50,045 nucleotides of DNA, filler included, from an uncultured virus (IMG/VR IMGVR_UViG_2061766007_000581) (2 parts of one record of this genome joined end to end with filler, not necessarily neighbours in it), one strand, 5' to 3'; numbered from the whole stretch's first letter, positions 10,955 through 20,989 are shown. Notes: generated from the sequence alone by a model not told the origin. A program made the numbers and translations.

Positions 10955-11899
10955 ATGATGTGTCAAGCTGGAATCTTCAACAACTGTAATGGGACTTGTG
11001 AATTCTGTCTCATCAAGGATGATAAATTCTACTCGATGGAGGAGATATACACCGAGATCGACAGAGTGAAGGAGAACATCAGGTTCATTGCCACACAAGA
11101 GGACAATTGGACGACCAAATTCGCAGACGGCATCTCCCTGTTGGGAGGTGAGCTGTATTATCTTCATGATGAGAAATACAAGGAGAAATTCCTGGAGCTG
11201 ATCGATGTCATCATCGACGAGATCCTGCTCAAATCCCCTTCCAACAGGTGCCGTTACTCCACTGTATCAAATGGCTTCTATGACCCTGAGTGGCTGCTCT
11301 TCCCCGTGATAGACCGTATCGTTGAAAGAGCAGGCATACAGTATGTGGACATGAATTTCTCATACGACCTCATGTACAGATTCAAGAACGAAGCGCACGA
11401 GAAGAGAGTGAGAGATACCATCAATGCATTCCATGACAGGTATAACTACATGGTCGGTGTGCAGATGATTCTTACCCAGAACGTCATCGACAAGATGGTG
11501 AATGAAGGGTGGAGGCCTCAGAAATTCGCAGAAGAGACCTTCCCAGGGTGCAGACTGGCATTCCTGTACCCTCACCCGATATACAGGGGGAACAACTACA
11601 CGGGTGCGAAGAACCTGCCGCATTTCAACTTTGACAGGAAGTCATTCTTCAAGGCCATGGACATCCTGAAAAGAGAGGAGCCGTTCACCTATGCCGCATT
11701 CCAGGCTTCGACAAGGAATTCTGCGGTATTCAAGTACACAATGCTCTATGTCAAGAAGGAGGCAGGCTATTCCACACAGCCCCCGATACTTTCCGACGGC
11801 AAAGAAGTGATCAACCCCAAATGCGGGCATTCTGTGCTGTATCAGTGCTATTCTGATACGGACAGGTGTATGCTCTGTGACTTGGAGGGGATGGAATGA
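10955..11899 (+). CDS. Radical SAM protein 2
   Basis: CNGTCEFC, LLGGELY, FSYDLMYRF, C-terminal CGH...CYSDTDRCMLCD. Confidence 0.85.
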   Translation: MMCQAGIFNNCNGTCEFCLIKDDKFYSMEEIYTEIDRVKENIRFIATQEDNWTTKFADGISLLGGELYYLHDEKYKEKFLELIDVIIDEILLKSPSNRCRYSTVSNGFYDPEWLLFPVIDRIVERAGIQYVDMNFSYDLMYRFKNEAHEKRVRDTINAFHDRYNYMVGVQMILTQNVIDKMVNEGWRPQKFAEETFPGCRLAFLYPHPIYRGNNYTGAKNLPHFNFDRKSFFKAMDILKREEPFTYAAFQASTRNSAVFKYTMLYVKKEAGYSTQPPILSDGKEVINPKCGHSVLYQCYSDTDRCMLCDLEGME

Positions 11900-12966
11900 C
11901 GGAATACACGGAAGAACAGAAGACATACATGAACAATGTCGGCAAGAAGTCCTACCAGTGGGAACTCTGGCCGATGTGCAATAACCTGTGCAAGTTCTGT
12001 TATCTCGGGCGCGAGAACAGGGAGACCCATAAAGAGAGGCAGATGAAATCACTCACTGATTGCTACAAGGAGATATGCAATCTGGACTTCAATGTCTACA
12101 ACAACATCTCACTCATCGGAGGCGAATTCTTCCAAGGGCAGATAGATGACCCTGATGTGCACGACCTGTTCTTCAAGATCATCAAGAAATGCATTGAATA
12201 CTACCTCATAGGCAAGATAGGTTCGATATGGATAACATGTACACTCACTGTCGGTGACCAAAAACACCTGTACGAGATGCTTGACATGTTCGATGCTGTC
12301 GACTTCCGCCCTAAGCCCGAATACGGTGCATCAGGACTGTGGCTGTGCACATCATGGGATGCAGAGGGGAGATTCCACACCCCTGCACACGAGAAGAACT
12401 GGGATTTCCACATGAAAAACATCCACAAGAAGTACCCCTGGGTGAAGTTCAACACAACCATCATCCTGATGCAGGCCTTCGTGGATCTCTATAATGAAGG
12501 CAAATGGTCCCCCAAACAGTTCATGGAGGAATATCACACGTGTCTGTTCTACAAACAGTGCGGTCTCGGTGAAACGAACATAATGTCATATGTCGAGCAA
12601 ACGAAGGGCGATCTGGTGTTGGCCAACCATCTGGCAAAACAGGACGCACAGAAGAGGTACGGGTTTGACTTCTTTCCCACACGTGCGTCATTCATCAAAT
12701 TCCTGCGCAAATACGCTGCAGAGGACATCGACACCTATGACCGTCTGTTCAACATCCAGTACAGGGCAGACGAATTGCACCGTAACTTCAACGATGACTT
12801 TGAAGCGAAGGCAAATCACAGGTTCAAGGACGTCGCCTGTGAGTCCGATTCAAAACAGGACTCTCTGCTCAATACGTGCGGACACATCCTCAATTACGCA
12901 CCGTATATTGACAGCGAGATGTGCTGTATATGTGACAGGGACGTCATCAGGGAGAGTATAGAATGA
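11896..12966 (+). CDS. Radical SAM protein 3
   Basis: CNNLCKFC, LIGGEFF, TSWDAEGRF, C-terminal CGH...DSEMCCICD; ATGA overlap. Confidence 0.85.
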   Translation: MTEYTEEQKTYMNNVGKKSYQWELWPMCNNLCKFCYLGRENRETHKERQMKSLTDCYKEICNLDFNVYNNISLIGGEFFQGQIDDPDVHDLFFKIIKKCIEYYLIGKIGSIWITCTLTVGDQKHLYEMLDMFDAVDFRPKPEYGASGLWLCTSWDAEGRFHTPAHEKNWDFHMKNIHKKYPWVKFNTTIILMQAFVDLYNEGKWSPKQFMEEYHTCLFYKQCGLGETNIMSYVEQTKGDLVLANHLAKQDAQKRYGFDFFPTRASFIKFLRKYAAEDIDTYDRLFNIQYRADELHRNFNDDFEAKANHRFKDVACESDSKQDSLLNTCGHILNYAPYIDSEMCCICDRDVIRESIE

Positions 12967-14000
12967 GCGACGTGCCGATGGTCGAGTATATCGTCTGGAG
13001 CAATTGCCCGAACAATTGTGCATTCTGTTGGCAGAAGAAGATCAATGACCAGACCACGATTCTTACCGAGAGTGAGAAGATACAGGCACTTGATGATTGC
13101 ATATCACGCATCAGCAAACTGGGGTACACTGACGTCCTCGTCATCGGAGGTGAGATTCTTTGCCCCCATTCCGACGAGGTGAACAGCAAGCTGAGGTATC
13201 TGTTCAACTACATGGCAGAGAGGGTGAGGGCCGAGGAGACACGCTTCTTCTACATCAACACCAACCTCCTGTATGAGGACAGGACAAATCTCGATACCTT
13301 GCTCCAGGCATTTGAGGGATTAGAGGATAGGTTGAAGTTCACAACTTCGTGCGATCCGTATGGAAGGTTCCGCTCTCACGATGCGGAATCACTATTCGTC
13401 CGCAATCTCGAGTATCTTCGCGACAATCACCCCAAAGTGAATGTGGTGATGAACATGATAATGACACACCAGTTCTTCATGCAATACATGTCCAACGGTG
13501 ATGACGGAAGCATGTCCATTGAAACGATGGAGCCGTTCGGTGTCAAGTACGTCAATCTGCTCCCGTACATCCCTGTTGAGGACAATCGCACGATGGACGT
13601 GACGAAAGAGCAGATACTCACCATACTGGAGGGGGCTGAAGCAGAATCACCTGGCTATTTTGCCAACTATGTCAGGGATTACGATGTCAATCAGAACAGG
13701 ACATTGTATGAGTACCACAAGGACAAAGGGTTCACAGAGGCTACGGCAGAGACCATGGAGTGCGGGCACAACAAGAATTTCTCAAAGGTCACCGAGGATG
13801 GAAAGTGTTTTGTCTGTATGATAAAGGAATACCTGGAGAATTGGGACAAACGCTTTGAAGGAAGAAGTGCGAGAACCATCGAAGCACCTGGGAGCAGAGC
13901 AAATGGCAAAATAATACCCATCCTCATGGATGATGCCGACACAGTGGATGGGTGTAAAGGAGAAGATTGGGACCCTTGGTCCATTGATGGTTCAGAATAA
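12963..14000 (+). CDS. Radical SAM protein 4
   Basis: CPNNCAFC, VIGGEIL, TSCDPYGRF, C-terminal CGH...DGKCFVC; ATGA overlap. Confidence 0.85.
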   Translation: MSDVPMVEYIVWSNCPNNCAFCWQKKINDQTTILTESEKIQALDDCISRISKLGYTDVLVIGGEILCPHSDEVNSKLRYLFNYMAERVRAEETRFFYINTNLLYEDRTNLDTLLQAFEGLEDRLKFTTSCDPYGRFRSHDAESLFVRNLEYLRDNHPKVNVVMNMIMTHQFFMQYMSNGDDGSMSIETMEPFGVKYVNLLPYIPVEDNRTMDVTKEQILTILEGAEAESPGYFANYVRDYDVNQNRTLYEYHKDKGFTEATAETMECGHNKNFSKVTEDGKCFVCMIKEYLENWDKRFEGRSARTIEAPGSRANGKIIPILMDDADTVDGCKGEDWDPWSIDGSE

Positions 14001-14011
14001 ATACTCTGTAT

Positions 14012-14019
14012 TTTAAATA
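14012..14019 (+). promoter_or_regulatory. TATA box
   Basis: TTTAAATA 22 nt before ATG 14042. Confidence 0.55.
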
Positions 14020-14041
14020 CTCTAAAAGCATAATTGTGAAT

Positions 14042-14248
14042 ATGGCAACGAATCCTATCCCCGCTCTGATCAAAGAGCAGTACTACACGAAGGTCTTCGC
14101 CGGTAATGTCGCACCCACCACATCAGGGTTCAATATTCCCGATCCTAAGATCGGATACTTCTACCTTGATGTGACCGCCGCTAAGATCTATGCGTACAAT
14201 GGTACGTCATGGACTGATGTCTCAAGTGCGGTTTCGATCGCTCTGTGA
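14042..14248 (+). CDS. Small protein with fibre-type repeat (P..G..YLD....IY.YNG.SW)
   Basis: 68-aa ORF after a TATA box. Confidence 0.55.
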   Translation: MATNPIPALIKEQYYTKVFAGNVAPTTSGFNIPDPKIGYFYLDVTAAKIYAYNGTSWTDVSSAVSIAL

Positions 14249-14286
14249 TCAAACATATTTAAACCCCTTAACCTTTATCTCTTTTT

Positions 14287-14487
14287 ATGGACAAAGCTAA
14301 GCTCATCGAATTCCTTTACATGACCCTCCCTGTCATGATCACCTGTTTCTTCGTCATCGTACTCACTGCGATATGCAGTATCCGCTGGCTCATCATCCTT
14401 GTCCAGCTGCCGGCATGGGCAGCACTTCTCTGGTGGCTGTATATGACCAAGGAGATCTACAACGGACTGCTTGATGAGATACGGTAG
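14287..14487 (+). CDS. Small membrane protein (2 TM)
   Basis: Two hydrophobic stretches; TATTTAAA at 14256-14263 upstream; one of the rare TAG stops. Confidence 0.6.
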   Translation: MDKAKLIEFLYMTLPVMITCFFVIVLTAICSIRWLIILVQLPAWAALLWWLYMTKEIYNGLLDEIR

Positions 14488-14536
14488 GTATATATATTGT
14501 AGATTGTATATACGCTCTCAAGGACACGGGGCGTAT

Positions 14537-14806
14537 ATGATGCGATTCAATACAGATTTCGGGGAGCTGAATCTGCCTAGGGCAGAATGTATATCCTGCA
14601 TCGCCGGATGGAGATTCCAGCAGTGCACAGCGTGCGAGTTCATAAGAGAGCTGATGAGGGCCGGGGGAGACTGTTTCCCCCACGGTCTGGGCAGTCTGGA
14701 AGACATGATCTTCCTCAAGGGCTGTGAAGCAGGCATGAGTTTTGACGAGATCAACAAGATGATAGACGAGAGTTTGAAACATCAGGATGAGACAAGGAGT
14801 GAGTGA
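14537..14806 (+). CDS. Hypothetical Cys-motif protein
   Basis: CISC/CTAC pairs; start uncertain. Confidence 0.5.
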   Translation: MMRFNTDFGELNLPRAECISCIAGWRFQQCTACEFIRELMRAGGDCFPHGLGSLEDMIFLKGCEAGMSFDEINKMIDESLKHQDETRSE

Positions 14807-14807
14807 G

Positions 14808-15170
14808 ATGGGTTTCCTTACCGACGATGATGATGACAGAAGTTACGGCACACTGGTGGCGGAGAACGCACAGTGGAGACTGTGGACGAATGACATGACC
14901 GAGATCTACGAAAGAGAGCTCAATGAGTACAACACCGACGGTTTCACTCTGCAGGGCAAGTACAGGGTCGTGCTGGCCGAGAACAAGATCACCGGCGAGA
15001 GATCGTATCTGATGATGGACAAGGCCACACAGGAACCGGTCGCAGACTGGACAGACCCCACTTCATTCGACTTCAAGAAGACACTCATCCTCATGGATCT
15101 GAAGGACAATTGCAACGTGGTCAATATGGCGAAGGCCAACAAGAAGAAAAAGAGGAAGGTGAAGAAATGA
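14808..15170 (+). CDS. Hypothetical protein with basic C-terminal tail
   Basis: GGAGTGAG RBS, ends KKKKRKVKK, ATGA coupling to the next gene. Confidence 0.65.
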   Translation: MGFLTDDDDDRSYGTLVAENAQWRLWTNDMTEIYERELNEYNTDGFTLQGKYRVVLAENKITGERSYLMMDKATQEPVADWTDPTSFDFKKTLILMDLKDNCNVVNMAKANKKKKRKVKK

Positions 15171-15334
15171 ACGCAACATATGAGTGGTACTGCCCCCACT
15201 GCGGGAAGAAGCAGAACGGAGCTGACAGGCGCAGGGACGTCTTCACCATGTACGAAGGCATGGCACCGCGTCACTATCGTCTCTGCACAGAGTGCATGGA
15301 TGAACTGCACGCATGGCTGGAGGGAGGAGAATGA
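15167..15334 (+). CDS. Small Zn-finger protein
   Basis: CPHC...CTEC; second copy at ~19828-19966. Confidence 0.6.
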   Translation: MNATYEWYCPHCGKKQNGADRRRDVFTMYEGMAPRHYRLCTECMDELHAWLEGGE

Positions 15335-15573
15335 ACGATGAGGAGTTTCACAGGGCATTGATGGAGAAACTCGGTGATAAGGCATATGGCTCCATCACAA
15401 CAGGTTCCGAATCGGACAGGGTGATAGAGGACCCGTCATTATCAAAGACGATCCCCGATGCAAAGGCCATCGGCTCCGAACCCTATGCGACATCTCCCGA
15501 ACTTGAAGAGAAGATCAAGGAAATCATCGAGAGGCACAGGGAAACACTCGACAGATTGGCGGAGGATGATTGA
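15331..15573 (+). CDS. Hypothetical protein
   Basis: ATGA-coupled; variants at 19963-20165 and 20183-20425. Confidence 0.6.
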   Translation: MNDEEFHRALMEKLGDKAYGSITTGSESDRVIEDPSLSKTIPDAKAIGSEPYATSPELEEKIKEIIERHRETLDRLAEDD

Positions 15574-16137
15574 ATGGCGAATGCAAGGATGTACCTGAGA
15601 TGTAACATGTGCAAGAAAGCGATAATGATCAGCAGGCATTATGGTGATCCATGGCAGGTCGATCGCGATAGAAGGGAGATCGACAGCTTCTTCCGCAGAC
15701 ATTATAAGTGTCTGCTGCCGGGAATGCATTGCTCTCATGAGGGCGACTTCTCACTTGTCTATGACGGCGGTGATGAAGAATACGAAGTGGAGTACACTGC
15801 ATTCGAGAAAGTGCCGGATTATGTTCAGGAGGACATAAAGGCACATGACGACCCAGATTACGAAGAGGATGACAAGTGGCTCATCTTCTTTGTACAGGGC
15901 TCACTTGGCGATGTCGATGATGTGACAACGGCGTTGGAAGAGAAGAACATCGATTGGAGATTACTGCCTGAGGCAACAACACCGCTGCTTGGTGGTTCGA
16001 TGATCGCAATCAAATGTGTGGCGCCCGATCAGGAAACGTTCGATTGGGCAGTGGACTATCTGCGCAGACACCCCAAGACCGGCGGTGTGACATCGAAAAG
16101 AATGATGTACAGCAAGATCGAGGAGGGAGAGGAATGA
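15574..16137 (+). CDS. Hypothetical protein (N-terminal CxxC, acidic linker)
   Basis: 187 aa; near-identical copy at 20426-20989. Confidence 0.7.
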   Translation: MANARMYLRCNMCKKAIMISRHYGDPWQVDRDRREIDSFFRRHYKCLLPGMHCSHEGDFSLVYDGGDEEYEVEYTAFEKVPDYVQEDIKAHDDPDYEEDDKWLIFFVQGSLGDVDDVTTALEEKNIDWRLLPEATTPLLGGSMIAIKCVAPDQETFDWAVDYLRRHPKTGGVTSKRMMYSKIEEGEE

Positions 16138-16529
16138 GCAGGCTGCAGAAGATCATAAAGAAGTACAATCACAGGGCTTCGGCACACACGCCTGCAAAGG
16201 GTGATGATGACATCACACTGCAGTATGAAGCGATCCGCACGATGTATGAATACATCTGCATTCGCGATGCCGTACGCTACCCCGGAAGAGTCGCGCGTCC
16301 CGTACTGAAACAGTGGCTGGATGACAACCTCAAAAGGTACACTGAGGCATACGAGAGGATATATGCGAAGATAGAGGAGCACGTGCTGGAAAGGTACAGG
16401 AAGGGATATGTCAGAGGGGTATTGGACATCCGCATCATGCCGAATGGTACCGGGAAGCAGAAGTTCGAGAAAGAACTCAGAGAACACAACAGGATACCGA
16501 GGTTCGATTTCCAAGGGGCGAAAAAATGA
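16134..16529 (+). CDS. Hypothetical protein (absent from the second haplotype)
   Basis: ATGA overlaps on both sides; the same flanking genes are directly joined at 20986. Confidence 0.6.
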   Translation: MSRLQKIIKKYNHRASAHTPAKGDDDITLQYEAIRTMYEYICIRDAVRYPGRVARPVLKQWLDDNLKRYTEAYERIYAKIEEHVLERYRKGYVRGVLDIRIMPNGTGKQKFEKELREHNRIPRFDFQGAKK

Positions 16530-16918
16530 AACATATGTACAGGTGCGACAGCTGCAGGAAGACATTCGACAAAGAGAGTGATTGTCTTGAACACGAGAGA
16601 AAGTGTATGTCCCTTGAAGACGCAGAGACATATCTCAACAGATACTTCGTTCACGAAAATGTCGAAGATACGTATAAGTCAATTCGTTTCTTGTACCCGA
16701 TCACCATCGACAGGGACAATCGCATGTTGATATGTCTCGAATATGAGTTCCTTACCGACTATTACAGTGTCGAACTGTCAGTGTCAACGGAAAGAGTACG
16801 CATGGTGGACATCCTCGAGAATTATGATGGATCCGATGAGCAGGAATTCAAAGAGTGGATGGACAAGCTCAGTCCCTATGCAGATATGCAGATCGTAGTG
16901 AAGGGGGTGAAAGAATGA
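16526..16918 (+). CDS. Hypothetical protein with N-terminal C2H/C Zn-finger
   Basis: YRCDSCRKTF....CLEHERKC; copy at 20986-21359. Confidence 0.65.
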   Translation: MKHMYRCDSCRKTFDKESDCLEHERKCMSLEDAETYLNRYFVHENVEDTYKSIRFLYPITIDRDNRMLICLEYEFLTDYYSVELSVSTERVRMVDILENYDGSDEQEFKEWMDKLSPYADMQIVVKGVKE

Positions 16919-17386
16919 CCAATCTTTGGGATGAGACGATCTCCCAGCTCGAGGCCAATGGCCTCACGTGGGACGACGTGAAGATGATATGGATCGAGCT
17001 CGACCCGTGGGGCGCGAAGGATCCGGAGAGGTGCAAGATCACCAAGGAGAACTTCGAGGAGCTTGCCAGGGACACGGAGTATGATGATGGCTTCGGAGGA
17101 ACCATGATCCATGAAGGACTTCGCATGAGGGGGTACAACAAGACAGGTACGCCCTTCATCATGGTCCGTAACGAATACGANNNNNNNNNNAGGAACCACG
17201 ATCCATGAAGGACTTCGCATGAGAGGGTACAACAAGACAGGTACGCCCTTCATCATGGTCCGTAACGAATACGACGGTTCGGAGTGGTGGGATGTCCACT
17301 TCCTTTACATCGACCTCCCGCTCGAAGAGGTAACGAGTCTCGGTAATTTCCCGTTCGGAGAGAACACATTGTCAAGAGGAGAGTGA
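16915..17386 (+). CDS. Conserved phage hypothetical protein (YDDGFG...REYDGSEWW type), gap-duplicated
   Basis: Motifs YDDGFGG and RNEYDGSEWW; stop TGA 17384-17386. Confidence 0.55.
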
Positions 17387-17390
17387 AAGA

Positions 17391-17588
17391 ATGGATCCAG
17401 AACTTAAACCATGTCCGTTCTGCGGGAACACCAATCTCCACCTCTACTATTATGATGTGGATGACAGGTGCAACCCGTTCGACCCGTGTGTGAGATGTGA
17501 CAATTGCAGAACGGTATTCAAATTCCATAATGGTCTCGGGGATCTGGATGACATCCTCAAGGTGTGGAACAGGAGAGTGAAAGAATGA
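17391..17588 (+). CDS. Lar-family restriction-alleviation-like Zn-finger protein
   Basis: ELKPCPFCG...CxxC...WNRR signature. Confidence 0.7.
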   Translation: MDPELKPCPFCGNTNLHLYYYDVDDRCNPFDPCVRCDNCRTVFKFHNGLGDLDDILKVWNRRVKE

Positions 17589-18049
17589 GACTGTTCAGAG
17601 AACGTAAGATCGAGAAGGCTATACAGGAGCAGGATGACCGTGACGTTCAATGGTTGAAGGACCGCGTGGCTGAGCTGGAGGCTACCACAGGCGAACATTC
17701 ATGCGCGCATTGCACGTTGGCGTCGGACTACCACGGCAAAATGGGCACGTTCCACTGCATCCACTCGTTCGATCTGATCGTGGGTGCCACGGGGGACAAG
17801 GATGTAGTATACCGCAGGTGGGATAAGTGTGACAGATTCTCCCCTAAACGTGCATGTAAGTTCTGTGAGCATTATGACCATGAAGCCCTCATAGGACATC
17901 TGGCGGACGGTGCCGCAGTGAGCATGCTGCCCGAGGACAGTTGTAAGGATTTCAGCCCCAGAGATGATCTGACAAAAATATACAGATTCGATCTGTTGAG
18001 CTGTGCCTGCAGATGTAAGAATTTCAAATATAAGGAGGCGAAGGAATGA
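17585..18049 (+). CDS. Cys-rich hypothetical protein
   Basis: CxxCxx...CxxF repeats; variant at ~18377-18690. Confidence 0.6.
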   Translation: MRLFRERKIEKAIQEQDDRDVQWLKDRVAELEATTGEHSCAHCTLASDYHGKMGTFHCIHSFDLIVGATGDKDVVYRRWDKCDRFSPKRACKFCEHYDHEALIGHLADGAAVSMLPEDSCKDFSPRDDLTKIYRFDLLSCACRCKNFKYKEAKE

Positions 18050-18282
18050 TCTCCGAGACACTCGAACCGTTCTTCAATGCAGGTCTGGTGGTGTTGGTAT
18101 GGGCGTTCGTTGCATCCCTGTGGGTGCTTGCACATGAGCTGATCAAGGATAACACAAGATTTGGCAATGAGGTCAACACTCCCGAACTGACGGAGTATGT
18201 GTTTGCCGGGCTGGTAACTGTGGCACTCTGTGCGATGACGTTCATCGTGTTGATGTGGACACTGTCTGTCATGGGGGTGTGA
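18046..18282 (+). CDS. Small membrane protein (2 TM)
   Basis: Two hydrophobic segments; ATGA coupling. Confidence 0.6.
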   Translation: MISETLEPFFNAGLVVLVWAFVASLWVLAHELIKDNTRFGNEVNTPELTEYVFAGLVTVALCAMTFIVLMWTLSVMGV

Positions 18283-18686
18283 AAGGATGACTGAGTTGAA
18301 ACCGTGTCCGTTCTGCGGTGGATCCCCGAAGCTGGAGACCGATCCGCACAAGAGGGACTTCTGCGGNNNNNNNNNNACAGAAAGGGTACGTTCCAATGCC
18401 TTCTCTCGCCGGATCTGATCGTGGGTGCCACAGGAGACAAGGACGTAGTATACCGCAGGTGGGATATGTGCGACGCGTTCTCTCCCAGATGTGAATGCAG
18501 GTTCTGCGAGCATTATGACCGTGAAGCACTCACAAGACATCTGGCGGACGGTGTCGCAGTGAACATGCTGCCTGAGACCTGCTGTAAGGACTACCGTATC
18601 AAAGAAGGTCTGACAGCGGTATACGGAATCGACATGGTGGATTGCGCCTGCAAATGCAAGAATTTCAAATATAAGGAGACGAAGGA

Positions 18687-18890
18687 ATGACCGTAAGATA
18701 TGAATGTGACAGGTGCCACGAGCAGTTCGACACCGAGAAGGAATTGACAAAGGTCACCATTGTGTCCGACATGGGCACATTCGGTGCACTCACAACAACG
18801 TTGCACTACTGCAAGAAATGCTCGATCTACTACAACAATGCGGTCAGTATCGTCAACGACGGCACATATGATGGGAGAGTGAAGGGATGA
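18687..18890 (+). CDS. Small Zn-finger protein
   Basis: YECDRC...HYCKKC. Confidence 0.6.
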   Translation: MTVRYECDRCHEQFDTEKELTKVTIVSDMGTFGALTTTLHYCKKCSIYYNNAVSIVNDGTYDGRVKG

Positions 18891-19129
18891 CCATCGCAGT
18901 ATTCGATCTGACAGAGCACACACAGCTGAGCATAAGAGGTACTACGGGAACACACCCTGACAGTGAGTTCGTGTTCGGTGTATTCATCGGTACGGATGAG
19001 ATACACGCTGAACAGAAGGGATTTACTCCCGACTTCTCCGTATACGATGATGTTGAGTGGGAACGTGCAGTCCAGATGGCAAAATGGATCCTGGAGTGGG
19101 ATGAGAGGCTTAAGGAGGAGAAGGAATGA
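18887..19129 (+). CDS. Hypothetical protein, short allele
   Basis: Same N- and C-termini as 21483-21920. Confidence 0.6.
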   Translation: MTIAVFDLTEHTQLSIRGTTGTHPDSEFVFGVFIGTDEIHAEQKGFTPDFSVYDDVEWERAVQMAKWILEWDERLKEEKE

Positions 19130-19341
19130 CCGAAAAGACAGAAAAAGTCAATGAAAGTCAAATTGACTTTTTGTCCTGTCCGTTCTGTGGTGGATCCCCG
19201 AAGCTGGAGACCGATCCGCACAAGAGGGACTTCTGCGGGGACAGATACCGCATAGCATGCAGTTCATGTTATGCCGGCACCAGATGGTATTACAGCCCTG
19301 ACGAGGCGTGGCTGATGTGGAACGGGAGAGTGAAGGAATGA
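19126..19341 (+). CDS. Lar-like Zn-finger protein
   Basis: CPFCGG...CSSC...WNGR; partial copies start at 18287 and 22099. Confidence 0.65.
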   Translation: MTEKTEKVNESQIDFLSCPFCGGSPKLETDPHKRDFCGDRYRIACSSCYAGTRWYYSPDEAWLMWNGRVKE

Positions 19342-19520
19342 CCGATGAGTGGAAGATCAACATCTGCTGCGACGCCATGGGCGATGCAGTGATGATGAAT
19401 GATGTCAGAGAAGGTATCACGATCATCGATAACAAGCTGTATATCGTATGGTCAGACGGCGACTGTATGCCATTGAACTACTGTCCGTCCTGTGGGAAGA
19501 AGATAGAGGTGTTGAAATGA
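19338..19520 (+). CDS. Small Zn-binding protein
   Basis: CC...LNYCPSCGKKI. Confidence 0.55.
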   Translation: MTDEWKINICCDAMGDAVMMNDVREGITIIDNKLYIVWSDGDCMPLNYCPSCGKKIEVLK

Positions 19521-19702
19521 CCGATAGACCAAAGATATGCCCGTACTGTAATAGCGAAGATATTGATGTTGATGTGAACCCCATATTTGCAGGATTGTCT
19601 TCAATGGAAGCCATAATGACTGATATCTCGTTTTGGAAATGCAAGTGCAAGGGTTGTGGTAAAAAATTCGGTGTAGATATGTTGGGGAGGGTGAAAGAGT
19701 GA
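19517..19702 (+). CDS. Small Zn-ribbon protein
   Basis: CPYC...CKGCGKKF. Confidence 0.55.
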   Translation: MTDRPKICPYCNSEDIDVDVNPIFAGLSSMEAIMTDISFWKCKCKGCGKKFGVDMLGRVKE

Positions 19703-20425
19703 GATGCAGATGTATTATGGCAATAGATACGGATCAATTCGAGACCGTTGAGGACGCCAGAAAATATATGGAAAACATGGCGGACATCGTCTGGGATGAA
19801 CTCTGTGATCTGCATGANNNNNNNNNNTCACTGCGGGAAGAAGCAGAACGGTGCCGACAGGCGCAGGGACGTCTTCACCATGTATGAAGGCATGGCACCG
19901 CGTCACTACCGTCTCTGCACAGAGTGCATGGATGAACTGCACGCATGGCTGGAGGGGGAGGAATGAACGATGAGGAGTTCCGCAGGGCATTGATGGAGAA
20001 ACTCGGAGACAAGGCATCCGGCTCCATCATAGCAGGCTCCGAATCGGACAAGACGGTAGAGGATCCGTCATTATCAAAGATAACCTCCGATACGAAGGCC
20101 ATCGGCTCCGAACCCTATGTGATATCACCCGAACTTGAAGAGAAGATCAAGAAACTCATCGAAATNNNNNNNNNNGAGGGGAATGAACGATGAGGAGTTC
20201 CGCAGGGTATTGATGGAAAAACTCGGAGACAAAGCATCCGGATCTATCACAGTAGGTTCTGAATCGGACAAGGTGATAGAGGATCCGTCATTGTCAAAGA
20301 TGATCCCCGATGCAGAGGCCATCGGCTCCGAACCTTATGTGATATCACCCGAACTTGAAGAGAAGATCAAGAAACTCATCGAAATACACAAGGAAACACT
20401 CGACAGATTAGCAGAGGATGATTGA

Positions 20426-20989
20426 ATGGCGAATGCAAGGATGTATCTGAGATGCAACATGTGCAAGAAAGCGATAATGATCAGCAGGCACTATGGTGAG
20501 CCGTGGCAGGTCGATCGCGATAGAAGGGAGATCGACAGCTTCTTCCGCAGACATTATGAGTGTCTGCTGCCGGGAATGCACTGCTCTCATGAAGGCGACT
20601 TCTCACTTGTCTATGACGGCGGGGATGAGGAATACGAGGTGGAGTACACTGCATTCGAGAAAGTGCCGGATTATGTTCAGGAGGATATAAAGGCACATGA
20701 TGATCCAGATTATGAAGAGGATGATAAGTGGCTCATCTTCTTCGTACAGGGCTCACTTGGCGATGTTGATGATGTGACAACGGCGTTGGAAGGGAAGAAC
20801 ATCGATTGGAGATTACTGCCCGAAGCAACAACACCGCTGCTTGGCGGTTCGATGATCGCAATCAAATGCGTGGCATCCGACCAGGAAACGTTCGATTGGG
20901 TACTGAACTATCTGCGCAGACATCCCAAGACCGGCGGTGTGACATCGAAAAGGATGATGTACAGTAAGATCGGGGAGGGGGAAGAATGA
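20426..20989 (+). CDS. Variant copy of 15574-16137
   Basis: Near-identical protein. Confidence 0.65.
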   Translation: MANARMYLRCNMCKKAIMISRHYGEPWQVDRDRREIDSFFRRHYECLLPGMHCSHEGDFSLVYDGGDEEYEVEYTAFEKVPDYVQEDIKAHDDPDYEEDDKWLIFFVQGSLGDVDDVTTALEGKNIDWRLLPEATTPLLGGSMIAIKCVASDQETFDWVLNYLRRHPKTGGVTSKRMMYSKIGEGEE

